Assembly (NCBI GenBank): GCA_000165425.1
Contig: CT867986.1
Location: forward strand, 124,001-188,000
DNA: 64,000 bases
Source: Paramecium tetraurelia
Lineage: Eukaryota
Reading direction: 5' to 3'
The position numbers were made by a program, and so were the translations under genes. Shown one piece after another: positions 12,586 through 28,408 of this stretch (its first letter is position 1; each line of letters begins with the position of its first letter). The notes beneath the pieces are model-generated. The model was not told where the DNA came from, searched no databases, and saw nothing but the letters and a program-made list of their open reading frames with translations.

Positions 12586-13518
12586 ATAAAATTGTTTAAA
12601 TATAAAAATTATTACAATAATATCAATTATGTATCTTAAGAAAGTGAAATCTATCTCTAAGGCATATATTTTGGTTTAAATAGAGATTCGAAGTAGGATA
12701 AGATGAAAAATTAGAATCTTCCCTCAAAAGTAATCTGGATTATGAAGTTACAATTAAGGCGAAAAAGTATAAAAAAATGAATTAAACAAGAGATATTTAA
12801 TTAACAATTAGGACGAGGAGAATACTATCATTTAGAATTTTTATTTAGGTAGATGTACTTAAGGATACTGGGTTAAAATATTTTATATTTTAATTATTTA
12901 AATTAAAAAATCAAATATGACAACCATTATCAGTAGGTTACTTTAGAATGAACTAAATATAATAAATTATTCCTTTTTCACTTTACAAAATGATTATACT
13001 AAACACAAAGAAGTTATAATGAAGAACTCTAACATATAAATTTAACAATCAACTTAAAAAACTCATAAAAGCATTATAAAATTGATAACCTTTTTTAGAA
13101 AATTTAAATGAACAGGAAGTATTCAAATATCTAATTCTTACAAAATAAATACAAGATTCAAATTGAAAACTACAATAATATATAATAGCAAAGATCCCTT
13201 TTAATTATTGTAAAATAATATGGATATTTAAGAAACCTAATAAAAAACTTTATGCAATATTTCACTGTTAGAGAACTCTGATAAAAATATCAAAAATAAA
13301 TTGAATAATAAATTGTTTAGTTTCAAGCTTTTAAAGACGATTAAGATTGATTTTAATAGAAAGAGGAAATTTTTTGACAATCTGAAGAAGAATGTTTAGA
13401 AGATTAAATTCAATAGAACTCCTCAAAAATTATGATGAGTGGCTAACTTTCATTTCTTAATTTATTATATCTTATTGCATTGTTCATCATTGTAATTCAT
13501 ATTAAAAGTAGTAATTAA

Positions 13519-14621
13519 TCATTTCAAACTAAATATCTCTATCATTTCAACATTCCAATTAGTTGATCTACCTGCTAATATACATTCACTATCAAGCTCT
13601 GAATATACATCATACGATTGACCTAAATTTGAAGAAGAATTTTTGATATTTTCAAAGTCAATGAGCAAATCTTTACAATCCTTACCAAATCCAATCTTAG
13701 AATGGCCTAGATATAAGGAATATCTAATACACTCTTCCTTAGGGTAAAATTTCATAGGCTAAATTAGATTAAAATTAATACAGGTATTTGATATATATTA
13801 TTTAATGAGAAAATGTAGCAGTCTTTCGAATTATTATACCCATTTGTTGGTTAATCTATATTATAATAAAAACCAAATTTGCTTTGATTTGTTGTATAGA
13901 TAAATCCAAGCACTTTATTTTATTTTGGCATATGAAATTTCTAACCGAATCTGTAAATTAATGTAGCATCGTCCAATGATGGCAAAAATGAAATAAACAT
14001 ATTGGATTAATTTATTTTCTCTTAAGAATCCTTTAGGTTTTCTTTATTTGCATTATTCTGATATTTTTTAGTATTATTAATCTATAAACATGCACTTTAA
14101 TTAGTTTTCTTAGCAACCCGTTTTCCAAAATTCTTTATCTCTTCTGTTAAAATTTTAATATTTCCAAAATCCAGAATTTTATCATCTTCATATTATTCTA
14201 ATTACACAAATGGCTATTATTTTAATCTATTATAATCGCTATTTTTCTTTATTATATTTAGTCTTGATTCACAGTCTTAGTAATAGTCCAATTTTTTTTA
14301 TAATATCTCAGTTAGATTACTCTGCAATGTATTCTATTTCTCTTAAAGCATATTTATCAATTCCCCTATTTAATGCTCGATGAATTGCTTCATGTATATT
14401 TACTAATTATGAATGAACGAGATGCTTCTTTGACAGACCTTTATTAACTCATCAGCTTTTTTTTTATTTTATTACTAATTCTACCCCTATAGTTTTTTAT
14501 TACAAGACTAACAAGTTTCTAAATTGCCTTTTCTACTGTTTTCATCACAACTATAAGATTTACATTCAAAATCTCGATTAACTGCCCTTTAATTTATACA
14601 AACTGTGCATAAATTATCCAT
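13519..14621 (-). CDS. TLDc-domain protein with N-terminal Cys motif and coiled coil
   Basis: SKFGFY..CYIFSL..IGFGKDCKDLLID..SSNLGQSY..NWNVEMIEIF matches a TLDc C-terminus. Confidence 0.8.
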
Positions 14622-15083
14622 TTAGTATTTTTTATAATATGATTATTAATGCTAACTTCTTAAAAATAAGTTTAATTTTTATAGTCAATAGTATAATAGG
14701 ATCCAATATCTATTTATACTGATTATCTGAAATACTAAAAGAATAAATTAAGTATGATAGACTTATTTTATAAATTTTCACTTTAACATTCTAAAAATTG
14801 AATATGAGAGTCTTAATTTTTACATCTAGTAATCAATTTAATTAGTTTTGCAATGTCATGATATTTTAGATTAAATATTATGAATTTAGAATATATTAAC
14901 ATTTTTTATTGAATAAGAATAGATTAGATTATATCCTTGAATTATTAAAGATGAAGCAGTTTTAATACAATAAAAAAATGATAAGATATGATTGATTTAA
15001 TAGTGCAGGAATGAATAATTTAAATGACATTTTGAATTAATTTTACAAATTAATTAATATAAATAAGTACAAAAAGATTTTGA

Positions 15084-16937
15084 TCAATCAGAAAATTTCC
15101 TAACTTTTTAAATTTAAGTTTCACGATTAGTTGTTGTTCGATCAAAATTTATGTAGTTTTCTTAATATTGGGATAGATCATTTAAATTGATTATATCCTT
15201 GATGTTTGGTCTATTTGTTACTCCTCTTTCGGATGGAGATATATTTTAAGTCATTGCAGTTTATAAATTCGAAACATTTTATTTGTTTTATGTTTGTTGA
15301 ATATTTAGAGTTTTATGCTCAAAAGATTAAAGAGGTAAATTCTAGATTTAAAAATGAAATTATTTTGAATATAAATGATTATCTTTTTATTTATCTTAAA
15401 TCTTCAATTCAACCTGTCTTTAATTCTATAATCTTTCAAAATCTTACTCAGGAGATCTATGATATTATTTTTTTATTTTATTCATCTCTACATATCCAAT
15501 ACTATTCTTGATAATACCTTTATTTTCTAAAGGAGATTAACTGCTAATTAATTTTTGTTTTTTTGAAGCTTTATCATCTTTAGGACTTTATATTTATTTC
15601 TTATTAATATTTTAATTTTAATCCTTTTTTTTATCTGCCAATCTTGGAGATTTGCAATTCTATATATTTTCTTCTTTGTGAGTCTTTTATTTTGATTTGA
15701 ACTCCTTGTTATCTCGTAATAGTCGATCAAATTATTACCTCATCGATTCTTTTTATTACCCTTGAGATTGTGGAATTTAAGCTTATGGAGAGGCTGAATG
15801 ATGGAATTTCGATTTTTTTCCTTGCTATTATTACTAGCCAATAATTTGATTATTTTACAGATTATTATTATTCTACCATTATTAATTTGGACTATTAGTA
15901 TGCTATTAATGATTAACCGAATTTAATTTCTTATTTGAATGTAGTTATGTATATCCAAAGTGTTGATGAGATTCAAGTGGGATTTATTGTTGAAATATTT
16001 GATAATTTTGTGGTTATGTCTGTTTTAATAATTTATTCTATGAAAACACTGTAGGAGAAGTTGTTAGATGTTATATTTAAGGTTATTAATTTTAAATTAC
16101 TGTTTTGATGGTACCAAAAGATTGTTAATTTATTACACGCTGATTAAGGTTTTGCTAACTTGATTGGGCTTAAGATAACTGCTTCAAATTTGGTCCTACT
16201 AGGTATTTTTCTGATTAATTATTATACTGAGAATTAATATTTTGATTATAAAATTGAAAGTCAATGAATGTTGATGAATGATCTGATGACCAGAATCTGT
16301 TATTTTATAAGTATGATTTTTCATCAATTTCACCTTCATTTTATTTCAATTCAGCAAAGTTTTAACTAATTGAGAGAGAGTTATTTTCAGCTGATTCTTC
16401 ATCTGAAAAGTTTTCAGTCTTCTCATTTTTAATTGATTATCCATTCGATCTTTTATATTAATGGTTAATTTGCTTTTATAATTGCATTTAGTCCTCTTTC
16501 AATTAATAAAGCTTTGTGTTATTTTTGTCCTACTTATATAATGATTAATATTTTGTTGAATTTGATCCTTATTTTTAGTCAATTTCAAAATCATCAATTA
16601 CATGCTTATCTTAGTTCCATTATTAATTTAGAGTGCCTTGTCCTATTATTTTAGATTAAGGAGTAATTTCCGATGATTTAGTTGGATGATCAATAATTCT
16701 TATAAATTCTTATTTGTTTAGAATCTAGAATGGCTTAGATTAAAGATATTCTCTCTAAAGCAATTCTTAAGTGATATGTTCATAAGAAAAAGGATTCATT
16801 GTAATACTTGATACTTTGAAACTTATACTGCTCAACTAAAATGATAACGCATTGATGTTAGCTTAAACATTAATCGATTTCAGTTCCATTATTGACTCTT
16901 TTCCTGTTTGGACCTTTTGATGTTATTTGAAGAGCAT
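15084..16937 (-). CDS. Hypothetical Gln/Asn-rich low-complexity protein
   Basis: Long code-6 frame ending KVRKFSD*; start codon uncertain (several in-frame ATGs between about 16800 and 16937). Confidence 0.6.
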
Positions 16938-17012
16938 CTTATTTTAAAATTACAGTTGTCTGACTTTATCCCATTCTGATGATTAAAAATTATATTATTT
17001 TATAATTACAAT

Positions 17013-18080
17013 TCATTCATCTTCTTATCTTACTCTTCCCCTTGTCAATCTTTGTACAAACTAGTCGTTGTTCTCGTCTATCTAAAATTTAGATGATCCT
17101 GCTCGTTCTCTAGTGAATTCTAATCCATCATCACTAAAGGATATAAGTTTTATTTACTTAAATGCATTTTCTTTGAGTCTATAATTAAAAGCATAAGGAA
17201 CAATGAAGCAAGGAAATAATTAGGTTATTGTGAATATTAAGATCAAGATATTATTTTTGACATCTAAGATATCGTCTTTCTCAAAATCACATAACAGATC
17301 TCTGTCACTCCAAAAAAGTATTATAATTACGATTATGTAGAATATTGTATTAATTGCAATTGAAAATACAACAACTTATATTTAACGAATCTTTTCTTTG
17401 GGCAGATCAGCTTCAATCAAGGGATGAACAACTTGTTATGAGGTATCATTTTTATTTGAAGAGAATCGATTTCTTGCATAAACCAAGACTTTTTTCAATT
17501 TTCTACCATAATAGACAATTATAAACATCGTTATCAAAACATCTGCTATGGTTAATATAATCACAATATAGAAAAAGCTATTTATGATCTCAATTTTTAC
17601 ATATTGCAAACACTTGTTTTTGTTAGGCAAATACACATTATCTATAAAATAAAGATTACTAAGTATATTATTTCTTTACGTTAGAGTCTTCTCCTTTAAA
17701 AAATTGTAAATTTAACTATCAAATTAATTTTAGATCATACTATCATCTGTAGATATTTTCTTTAAAACTATAGAAAATGTGTATCCAACTAGTGAAAAAA
17801 TGACTATTTATATTAGATTTCCTAATAATGTTAAATGATTTTCGTTTAGTATTGAAAACTAAATTACATGAATTACTCCTTATAAAATACATAGCAACAT
17901 AGGTATTAATTCATAAACAAATTTATTCGCATTTCTGTAGGTTTTAAAGCAAAAGTATGATGAGATTAGAATGATTAAAATAGATCCAATAAATGAGATT
18001 ATGTATCTCGTGCAAGTAAATTGGTAATCTCCATTTTTCTATATTTAAGTGCAATAATTATAAATTGGGTACTTATTCAT
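17013..18080 (-). CDS. Multi-pass (about 7 TM) membrane protein, GPCR-like topology
   Basis: MNKYPIYNYC..; six to seven hydrophobic segments, FPCFIVPYAF last helix, polar tail; one tiny intron. Confidence 0.7.
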
Positions 18081-18230
18081 TAGATATAAATTTTATATTA
18101 ATTTTTTTGTATATGATACTAATCGTAAAGTTGATATACGATTATTATATAGCAATTTTGCTTTATTTGAATCAAATGAAGAATATTCTTAATGTGATAA
18201 AATAAAAACATTGTATTTAATTATTATTTT

Positions 18231-18831
18231 ATGGGCTGCCTGTTTTTCAAAAGTGCTGTTGACAACTTACAACCTCCGAAAAAATCCTTTTTTGAGTTTC
18301 AGTTGAAAGACATTGATGGAGTAGACACTTCTTTGTCCAAATTCAAAGGTAAAAAAGTTATAATCTGTGTTAATGTTGCATGTTCATGTGGCTTAACGTC
18401 TGGTAATTATAGTGAATTAGTTGCTTTATACAAAAAATACAGGTAAATTCTTGATCTATAAACAAGCGCCTAAGGATTGGAAATTCTAGGCTTCCCTTGT
18501 AATTAATTTATGAATTAAGAATCAAAACCTGAACCAGAAATTAAGGAATTTGTTATCCAAAAATATGGAGTATCATTTCCATTATTTTAGTAAATATATT
18601 TATGTAATATCTAGAAAAATTGAAGTAAACGGACCAAATACTCATGAATTATATTAATTTTTGAGATTGAATTCGAATAACTTAAGAGTGAGTGAAACCT
18701 CAGCTCGATAAGTTCCATGGAATTTTGGAAAATTTCTTCTTGATAGCTAGGGAAACGTTGTCGCTTTTTTCTAGCCAACTTAAAAGCCAAACGAAATGAT
18801 AGCCTAAATAGAAAAATTGTTGAGTTAATGA
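18231..18831 (+). CDS. Cys-type glutathione peroxidase (PHGPx-like)
   Basis: VNVACSCGLT, LGFPCNQFMNQE, VPWNFGKFL; two tiny introns. Confidence 0.95.
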
Positions 18832-19508
18832 TTTATTATAAATAGTCATTAATGATAAATATTTAGATTCGTAGTAATTAATAAAAAAAGTTATCTTTTT
18901 TCATGAGTTGTTTTAAATTAAACATAAATTGGAATTAAATACTTTCTTAACCAACTTAATAAACGAGAATAAACAAATCAAATATTTAATTTCATTTAGA
19001 AATCTTATTAAAATTAAACAATATCCTATTCTTATTATAAATTTTTGAAGATTATTTTATGTAAAGAAGGATATTAATAGAAAAGGACTTATATAAAGAG
19101 GCACACATTTTTTTAACCAATATCAAATCAATAAAAATAAGTTAATTACAAGTGGATTTAATCATTCCTTCTATCTGATTTTTAGTTATTTTACACTAAT
19201 TTTAACCATATTTAAATCCCTATCCTCTTTTCAGCATTATCTAATGAATCCACATATTTATTTAATTGTATTAGAAACAAACTAGGTAATTGTTAAAAAT
19301 TGAATATGCATTTATTAATAATAATTAAAACCGACATCAATATTAAATGGCATTATTTTAAAATTTGGATAATTAGGAGCTCTCATACAAATTAGATTTA
19401 CTCTCAGTATCGAAAATAATAAATTTAATCAGAGAACTTCCATATTTGTATATAGCATAAAATAATAAATAAATAATATAAAATAGAAAATCTATTAAAA
19501 AACAGTAT

Positions 19509-21594
<2,086 letters not shown>

Positions 21595-22851
21595 TAAAAT
21601 ATATTTATTAACTTTAATTATTTATGTTACTTTTTCCTTAATTTGTTGATAATACCACTTCTAATCAATTTTTAAACATTATCATTTGAAGATATCAAAA
21701 GTATTGGATATATAGAAATGAATACAAAAACAAAATAATATCATACAACTCCTGAATAAGATTTTGAAAGATTATAGGATTAGATACAAAATTGAATTCA
21801 AGATTCAAACTATATAAAAAGATAATCATTTATGAAAAATATTCTAATTTTAGAAATTTATGTATTTCACTAAATTACATATTCTAATCAACTTATTATT
21901 TGAAGATCATCAAATATTTACGTCCATAAAACTTATTTATTTTTAACTACTTCGTTAGTTATTCTTATTCTATTCAAGAAAATCCTTCAAGCAAGGAATC
22001 TGCTAATCCTTAATAAATTATTATATTATGATACAGGGTTGGATAAAATTTGAAAAATAACTTTGAAGTTAAGAGAACCTAATTTATTTGTTTTGGATAT
22101 GAAATTAATTATTTATTTATATTAACATAAAATAAAGAGTAATTTTGGAATAATAAATTTCTATAAATAATATTTATTTTAATGTAAAACCATTTATTTA
22201 TTAATATGGTTTTTCTAAATATATAGATGATGAATCTAGTGAATAATCTTAAACTAAAAAACAATAGAAAAATCAATATCTCATAGATTTATTGAAATCA
22301 AATACAATTTGAATTATAGGTCAATAACCATATCCTAATTGCTATTATTATTGATATGATTATATATTAATTTAATGTTCAAAAAAAATTAGGAATACTT
22401 TTTTTCTATAATTGTGTCTACATCTATAATTTTCCAGGAAGGATTATTTTCAAGATAAATTTCCTTTTCATCATAAGCTAGTAGTGATTTTATGGTTTTT
22501 TTAAGACTTTTTAGCTCTCAGAAGTATATTTCTTGCGATAAAATCATCATCTAATATGGAGTCAAAAAAATTGTTGTATGCAAAGATAAATTAATCCGTG
22601 GAGACATCAAATTCATTTAATTTCATTTTTATTGTTTGATGATGTTGAATATATTGTGAAACATTCTTATATCCCTTTGGATTGTATGGAAAGAGAGAAC
22701 TTAAAAAGTAGTTTTTCAAGTATTGGCAAAGTTTGATCATTAAATTAATAGTAATTTATACACATAAATTTAAGTGAAATTATCTGATATCAAATTATTA
22801 ATAACTTAAATTAATCATTTTATTTTATATAAATTGGAAATATAATTAAAA

Positions 22852-24426
22852 TCATTCATCTATTTCATTTATTGTAGCATTCCAATTAATATCAGTTTTA
22901 TTTTTGGTTTTATTAATAAATTCTGGATCATACTAATTTAAAGGGTATTGAACAACATTCTTTTTTACCATTGATTTCTTTGAATTTATTTTATTTTTGA
23001 TAGACTCAACTAAATTTTTAAATTTTTAAATCAAGTCTGCAATCTAATTAGCAGCTTCTATATGTTTGATTTCATTCAAAATTTCATGCGAGATATTTTT
23101 TTTAGTTAGATTATTTGACATATATCTAGAAGTATTGACTAATTTATTTAAGGGTCTACTAATTCGAACAGCAATTAGATAAGTAAAAATAAAAACTATA
23201 GATATTGTTAGGATAGTTGATGATACATTTATGAATATTATAACTGTCTCTTCTCTTTACATGATACTATTAATTAAAGTAAATGTAGTAAGGAGTTGTT
23301 CATTCAAAACATACAAATACACATAAAAATCTATGTTCTAATTTGTATTGTTGATAAATGAACTTAACTAATATGAGTCATACTTCCCTGAAAAGGGTAA
23401 TTATATTAAACTATATGATTGATTCTGTACTTCTATTTGGTTTGCTTAAATTGTAGGTATTCTCGTTATATTAAAACCAGACATATTATAATGATCATAA
23501 ATTTTTTGAATAGACGTCTGATAACTAATATTCCATTCTGTTGGACAATAGATCAAAGTGCCACTAAAATCAGTAATGGCCAACATTGTTGATTGATAAT
23601 AGTTAATATCAAAGAATAAGACTTCAATTGATGACAAAGTAAATTCGATGGTGAAATCTAATATAGAATTAAATACAATATGATACATATGGAGAAGTTT
23701 CTAAATGTAGTCTATTATTGGAGATTCATCATTATTTAACTATCATTAGTTGGATTAATATAGGGACCAGCCAATTAGATTTCTTTGTGTTTTTTCTTAT
23801 TGATAAAGTATTTTTTAATCTTATTAGCAGGATAAATCATGTAGATTTCGACCTATTCGACAGGATTATAGATTAAAATAGAAAACCTCTAATTTAAGAT
23901 TATTTATTACTTCTATTTTTTGTCTCACTGATTCCACAAAGAGAAAAGGTAAGTAGTTTTTGTAATTAGTCAAATACCCTAATATGTATTGGGTTTATTA
24001 ATTCAAATTGTACAGTTATTTTTTATTTTCTTAAGCAAAGAAGCATACTTCTAGGTAATTTTATTGAGTTAATATTTCACAAGTTTAATAGGAACTAGAA
24101 GACTTAAATTACATTAAAGGGTTGAATAATTGCGGAAAGATTTACACTGTATTTTACAATTATTATGATAGGTAATATAGATGAGATTGAAAGCCAAGAC
24201 CGATCTAATTTGCTACCTACAAAAACTGATTGTTTGAATGAGTTTTCACTTTGTCAAAAATTTATGAATTTGTTTAGTTGATCATATATTCGATATTTCC
24301 AAAAATGACACTTATTAATATGAATTGAAGTAATATGGTTGTGCATAAGAAGGAAAACATTAATTGTCTTCTGATTGGCCATTCACGATAATTGCATCTT
24401 TTATTTATTTTTATTTTATTTTTCAT
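22852..24426 (-). CDS. Two-TM membrane protein with large extracellular domain and short HAMP-like cytoplasmic segment
   Basis: WPIRRQLMFSF + TM1; about 350 aa ectodomain; TM2 followed by IAVRISRPLNKL..NQIADLIQKFKNL. Confidence 0.75.
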
Positions 24427-24587
24427 TTTGTATTTAAAATTAATTGGAATTGGTCATGCATAAACAAATAAATGATCAGGTTTAATTGATTTATTAGATA
24501 AAATCTTATTAAATTTAAACTAAGGTAAAGGAAAGGAGAGAATGAATAAAATATAATTATATTAATAAAAATTAATAATAAAGCAAT

Positions 24588-26107
24588 ATGAATAATTTTT
24601 TAGAGGATACAAACTAATCGTCATCCATATATTTATAGACAGTTAATTCTTTAAAGAACTCTATAAAATATTAGAACTTCATTAGCAAAACTAAATTAAC
24701 AGTTAATGAAATTAAAAATATCATAAAATGGTATGATTTGAAAAGAAATTAAAGAATAATTCGATAGGTAACATAGCCTGACTAGAATAATGAATTTTAA
24801 AAATAGATCATTTAATAAGGAATAGCAATAACTTAAATGTAGTAGCAAATTAATAAATAATCTATTGAAATGGAAAATTTGAAGAAAACCTTATTCCAAA
24901 GAGGAAATGAAAAACCGAATGGAATTCATTAAAAATCTAAATCTTCCAATGATGATTTTTTGGATAAATAAATAAATTTTCTGAATAAACAATAGAACAT
25001 AAATTTCCAACATTTCGATAAGGACCTAGAAAATTAGATTTAAACACTAATATAATAAGAGTTCGAAAAAATATACAAGTTGTTATCTAAATAACTCAAA
25101 AGTGATATAAATGATATTGTGTATTAAAGTATTCAGGAGTAAATATTTGTGAGTAATAATAATTCTCCTAAACCAGATACTTTAAGAAAATATTCATAAA
25201 CAAAACAGTAATCAGAAGATTCACAATAAAATATCAATATAATTGTTGAATGTTTAAATGAATAAATAGATGAATATGCGAATAATAATTATAATTTTGA
25301 TTAAATCAAAGCTAAACTCAAATGTTTGAAATTAAAATAAATTAACTTGCTTTATGAAGATTTAAACAATTAATACAAATAGAATTCACTTAAAGATTAC
25401 TTTATAGGTCCTTTAGAAAAATTGAAATAATTTTCATTCAATTTCAACTAATCGAAACTTTTAGAATACGTAAATGGGTAAAGGAGAGCGAGAGAGGACA
25501 GCAATAACTTTTATGCGGTTTTTGGTTATTAATATTTGGACATCATATTAACACATGCTGATGATCAAAATTTTGAAACATTTATGGAGAACATAAAAGG
25601 GATTCCATTTGATTTATTTAATAATTAATCTGCATTCACAAAAGAAGAGTAATAAGAATTAAAAGAGATATTTTGTTATAGATGTATAGAGTTGAGACAG
25701 ATCGAAATATCATAGCGATCAAATGAACTTTGGCATCAAATCAGTGACAACAATAATAGTTTCTATGGATTGACAATGATATTCATTCGAAATTTAATCT
25801 AACAAATAGTACAATAATCAGAATTCAAAGATCATATCAATGCTCAGGACTCAGAATAAATAATTAGTAAGATATTGGAATGGAATACTCCATGTCCTGA
25901 AGCAGAATTTATAATGGAAGTCCTTTCACATGAATTAGAATTGTATTATATTTAAATTATGAGCTTAGATGTATAATATTATTTTATTTAAAAGAAGAAT
26001 AATAAGAATTATCATTAAGAATATTTGGAGATGAATAAAATTATCAGCTTTATATGTTATAACATAGTAATGAATTTTATTCAATCGGAATTAAAGAGTA
26101 AACTTGA
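24588..26107 (+). CDS. Otubain (peptidase C65)-like protein lacking catalytic residues
   Basis: RRAREDSNNFYAVFGYQYLD in place of RGDGNCFY; YMLQHSNEFYSIG in place of FRPGHY; 26-nt intron near 25943-25968. Confidence 0.78.
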
Positions 26108-26287
26108 CAACCCATAATTATTTATTGCAATTTTGTTACTAATATTAAATTACTTATTAATAAAGTATAATAAAATATATCGATATATCAACTGATGATA
26201 AAAAGTATAAAGTTATTTGAATTTTACATGTAACCAATATACTGCCTTCCTGCTGAAATTTTTTTATTATTAAATAATTAAAAAAAA

Positions 26288-27669
26288 ATGACATCAGACT
26301 AAAGCCTTGATTATTTTACAACAGATTTGTATGTTATGGGTGATAATAAAGAGTCTTAATGTGGTATTGACAACTAGGACTACATAAATAAATTAACAAA
26401 AATTAATCTGCCAATGGTAATAAGAGAAATAGCATGTGGATTGGAACATACTTTAATAGTGACAAGTAATATAGATATCATTTATATTCCAGATGAAGGG
26501 TTGGTTTATGCTTTTGGTTCAAATTTGAAGGGACAACTAGGAGTGGAAAATATTGCTGTTGCATGTTCTCCAATTTTAGTTTAGGGAATAAGCGATTTGA
26601 ATTGCATAAAGATAGCAGCTGGAGAATACCATTCTTGCTTATTGACAGGTATAATGCATGGATTAATAAAGAGATGAAAATCAAGCCTATTAGTGGGGAA
26701 ATAATATTCTAAAACCCTAATTCATAAGACAGGCTTCAAATATTAAATGTGGTTTGAATTTCACAATCCTTTAAGACGATTCCCTATATCTATATAAAAA
26801 CTAAGTCTTGCAGCCTTTGAAAATAAAATCGTAAATATCAGAATTTGCTTGTTCTGCATATAACTTGTTTTATATGGATGATAACAATACTTTATATTTG
26901 CATCCAGAAACCAAGTTAATAGATCACGTATTTAATATATTTAGTGGTTACCATCTATCATTATTGACAGATGAAAATAAGTTGTATTATTATTTAGATA
27001 AACAATTAATTTAAGTCAATGTCTAACCTAATAAAATAGATAGTTCATTTGGAAAAGAGTTGGCCATCGTTTTGGATGATAATAATAAAGCTATTATAAT
27101 AAACTTAAAAACTTAACAATAAAAGCAATAAGAACTTGTGTTTCATTCAATAAGTAGTGGTGTAAATCATCTTATATTGATTGGAAATATTACTAAAGGG
27201 TAGATTTAGAATCAAGAATTAGAAGAGTCGGTATAGATTGGGGAAGATGAAGAAGATGATGATTCTATTTTGGAAGGAGATGGCATGAGTCCAATTACCA
27301 CACAAAAAACCCAATAAGATGTAAATTGTAGAATAATCCATAGTAACTTATGAATACTTAGTAAAATAATACTTTTTCATTTTCGATTAGGAAGGACCTC
27401 CAATTGTTTAATAGCATTAAAACAAATCACAAAGAGACTTAGACTGATGATAATTTATACGCTAAATTGAAAAATGAAAATGAAGAATTAAGAACAATAT
27501 TGTTGCAGTAACGAAAGAATTTAGAGATATAAATCTAATTTTAAAAGACATTACAAGATTAGATGAGTCGATTGACCTAAGAAAATCATTTGCTGAAGTT
27601 GGGATAAAATAAAAATCAGTTGTTGAACTTGATCAAATAGAAAGAGCAAAACCTAAAAAATTTGATTGA
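26288..27669 (+). CDS. RCC1-repeat (beta-propeller) protein
   Basis: LYVMGDNKESQCG, IACGLEHTLIV, VYAFGSNLKGQLG, IAAGEYHS. Confidence 0.88.
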
Positions 27670-27749
27670 TGAATTTTACTAAAAGTAAAGGGAATTCCTA
27701 TAAAATAAGAAATGAAGTTCTTTGTTTATGTTTATATAATGTATTGTAT

Positions 27750-28352
27750 TCATAGATTCTTTTTAAAAAACTCTTTAAATTCCTACAAAGACATTTAGTC
27801 ATGAAGTACTCCACAAAATTTTAAAACATCTAATATAATATTTGGAAATGGTACTTTAGATTTCTTCTTCACTGGTATTGTCTTTAAACTTTGAAAAGAC
27901 CTTCCTTATTTTCTTTGAATCGATGGTACCATTTTTATCAAAATCAAAGACAGAGAAGGCACTTTCAAGTAATTCATCATGTTAATCTTTATTAGACATA
28001 CATTCATTGTATAATTCCTGAAAATCTGAAAAGTGCATTGTAGTTTTATTATTTGGGAAATATCTACATTCAAATCATTATTATACTTTAATTCTGTTAC
28101 TGAAACGTAGGTTGGGGATTTGGGGGAAGAATCCTTTTGCACTTCTTCAAAATTATCAGTAGAACTAATTTTTTTGACCAGTTTTCTACCATGTTAATAT
28201 GGTACGCTAATCTATTATTAATCTTGATTTATGGTTTCCAATTCTTTGATTAATTAGTTCATCTACTAAATGTTGATTTCATCTGAGTTTTCTTAAGAGA
28301 AAAGTTGAAATATTTATTTTAATTCTTATTAATTGGCTGATTATTGCTGCAT
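27750..28352 (-). CDS. EF-hand protein (calmodulin/centrin-like)
   Basis: ELKQIFQLFSQENSDEI and AFSVFDFDKNGTIDSKKI; two tiny introns. Confidence 0.8.
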
Positions 28353-28408
28353 GTTGTAATCTGTAATTAATATTATTATTAAAAATATTAATAAATTGTT
28401 TGTTAATT

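Noticed and set aside
18380..18395. Possible selenocysteine in the glutathione peroxidase
   Set aside because: The catalytic codon is TGT (Cys), not TGA
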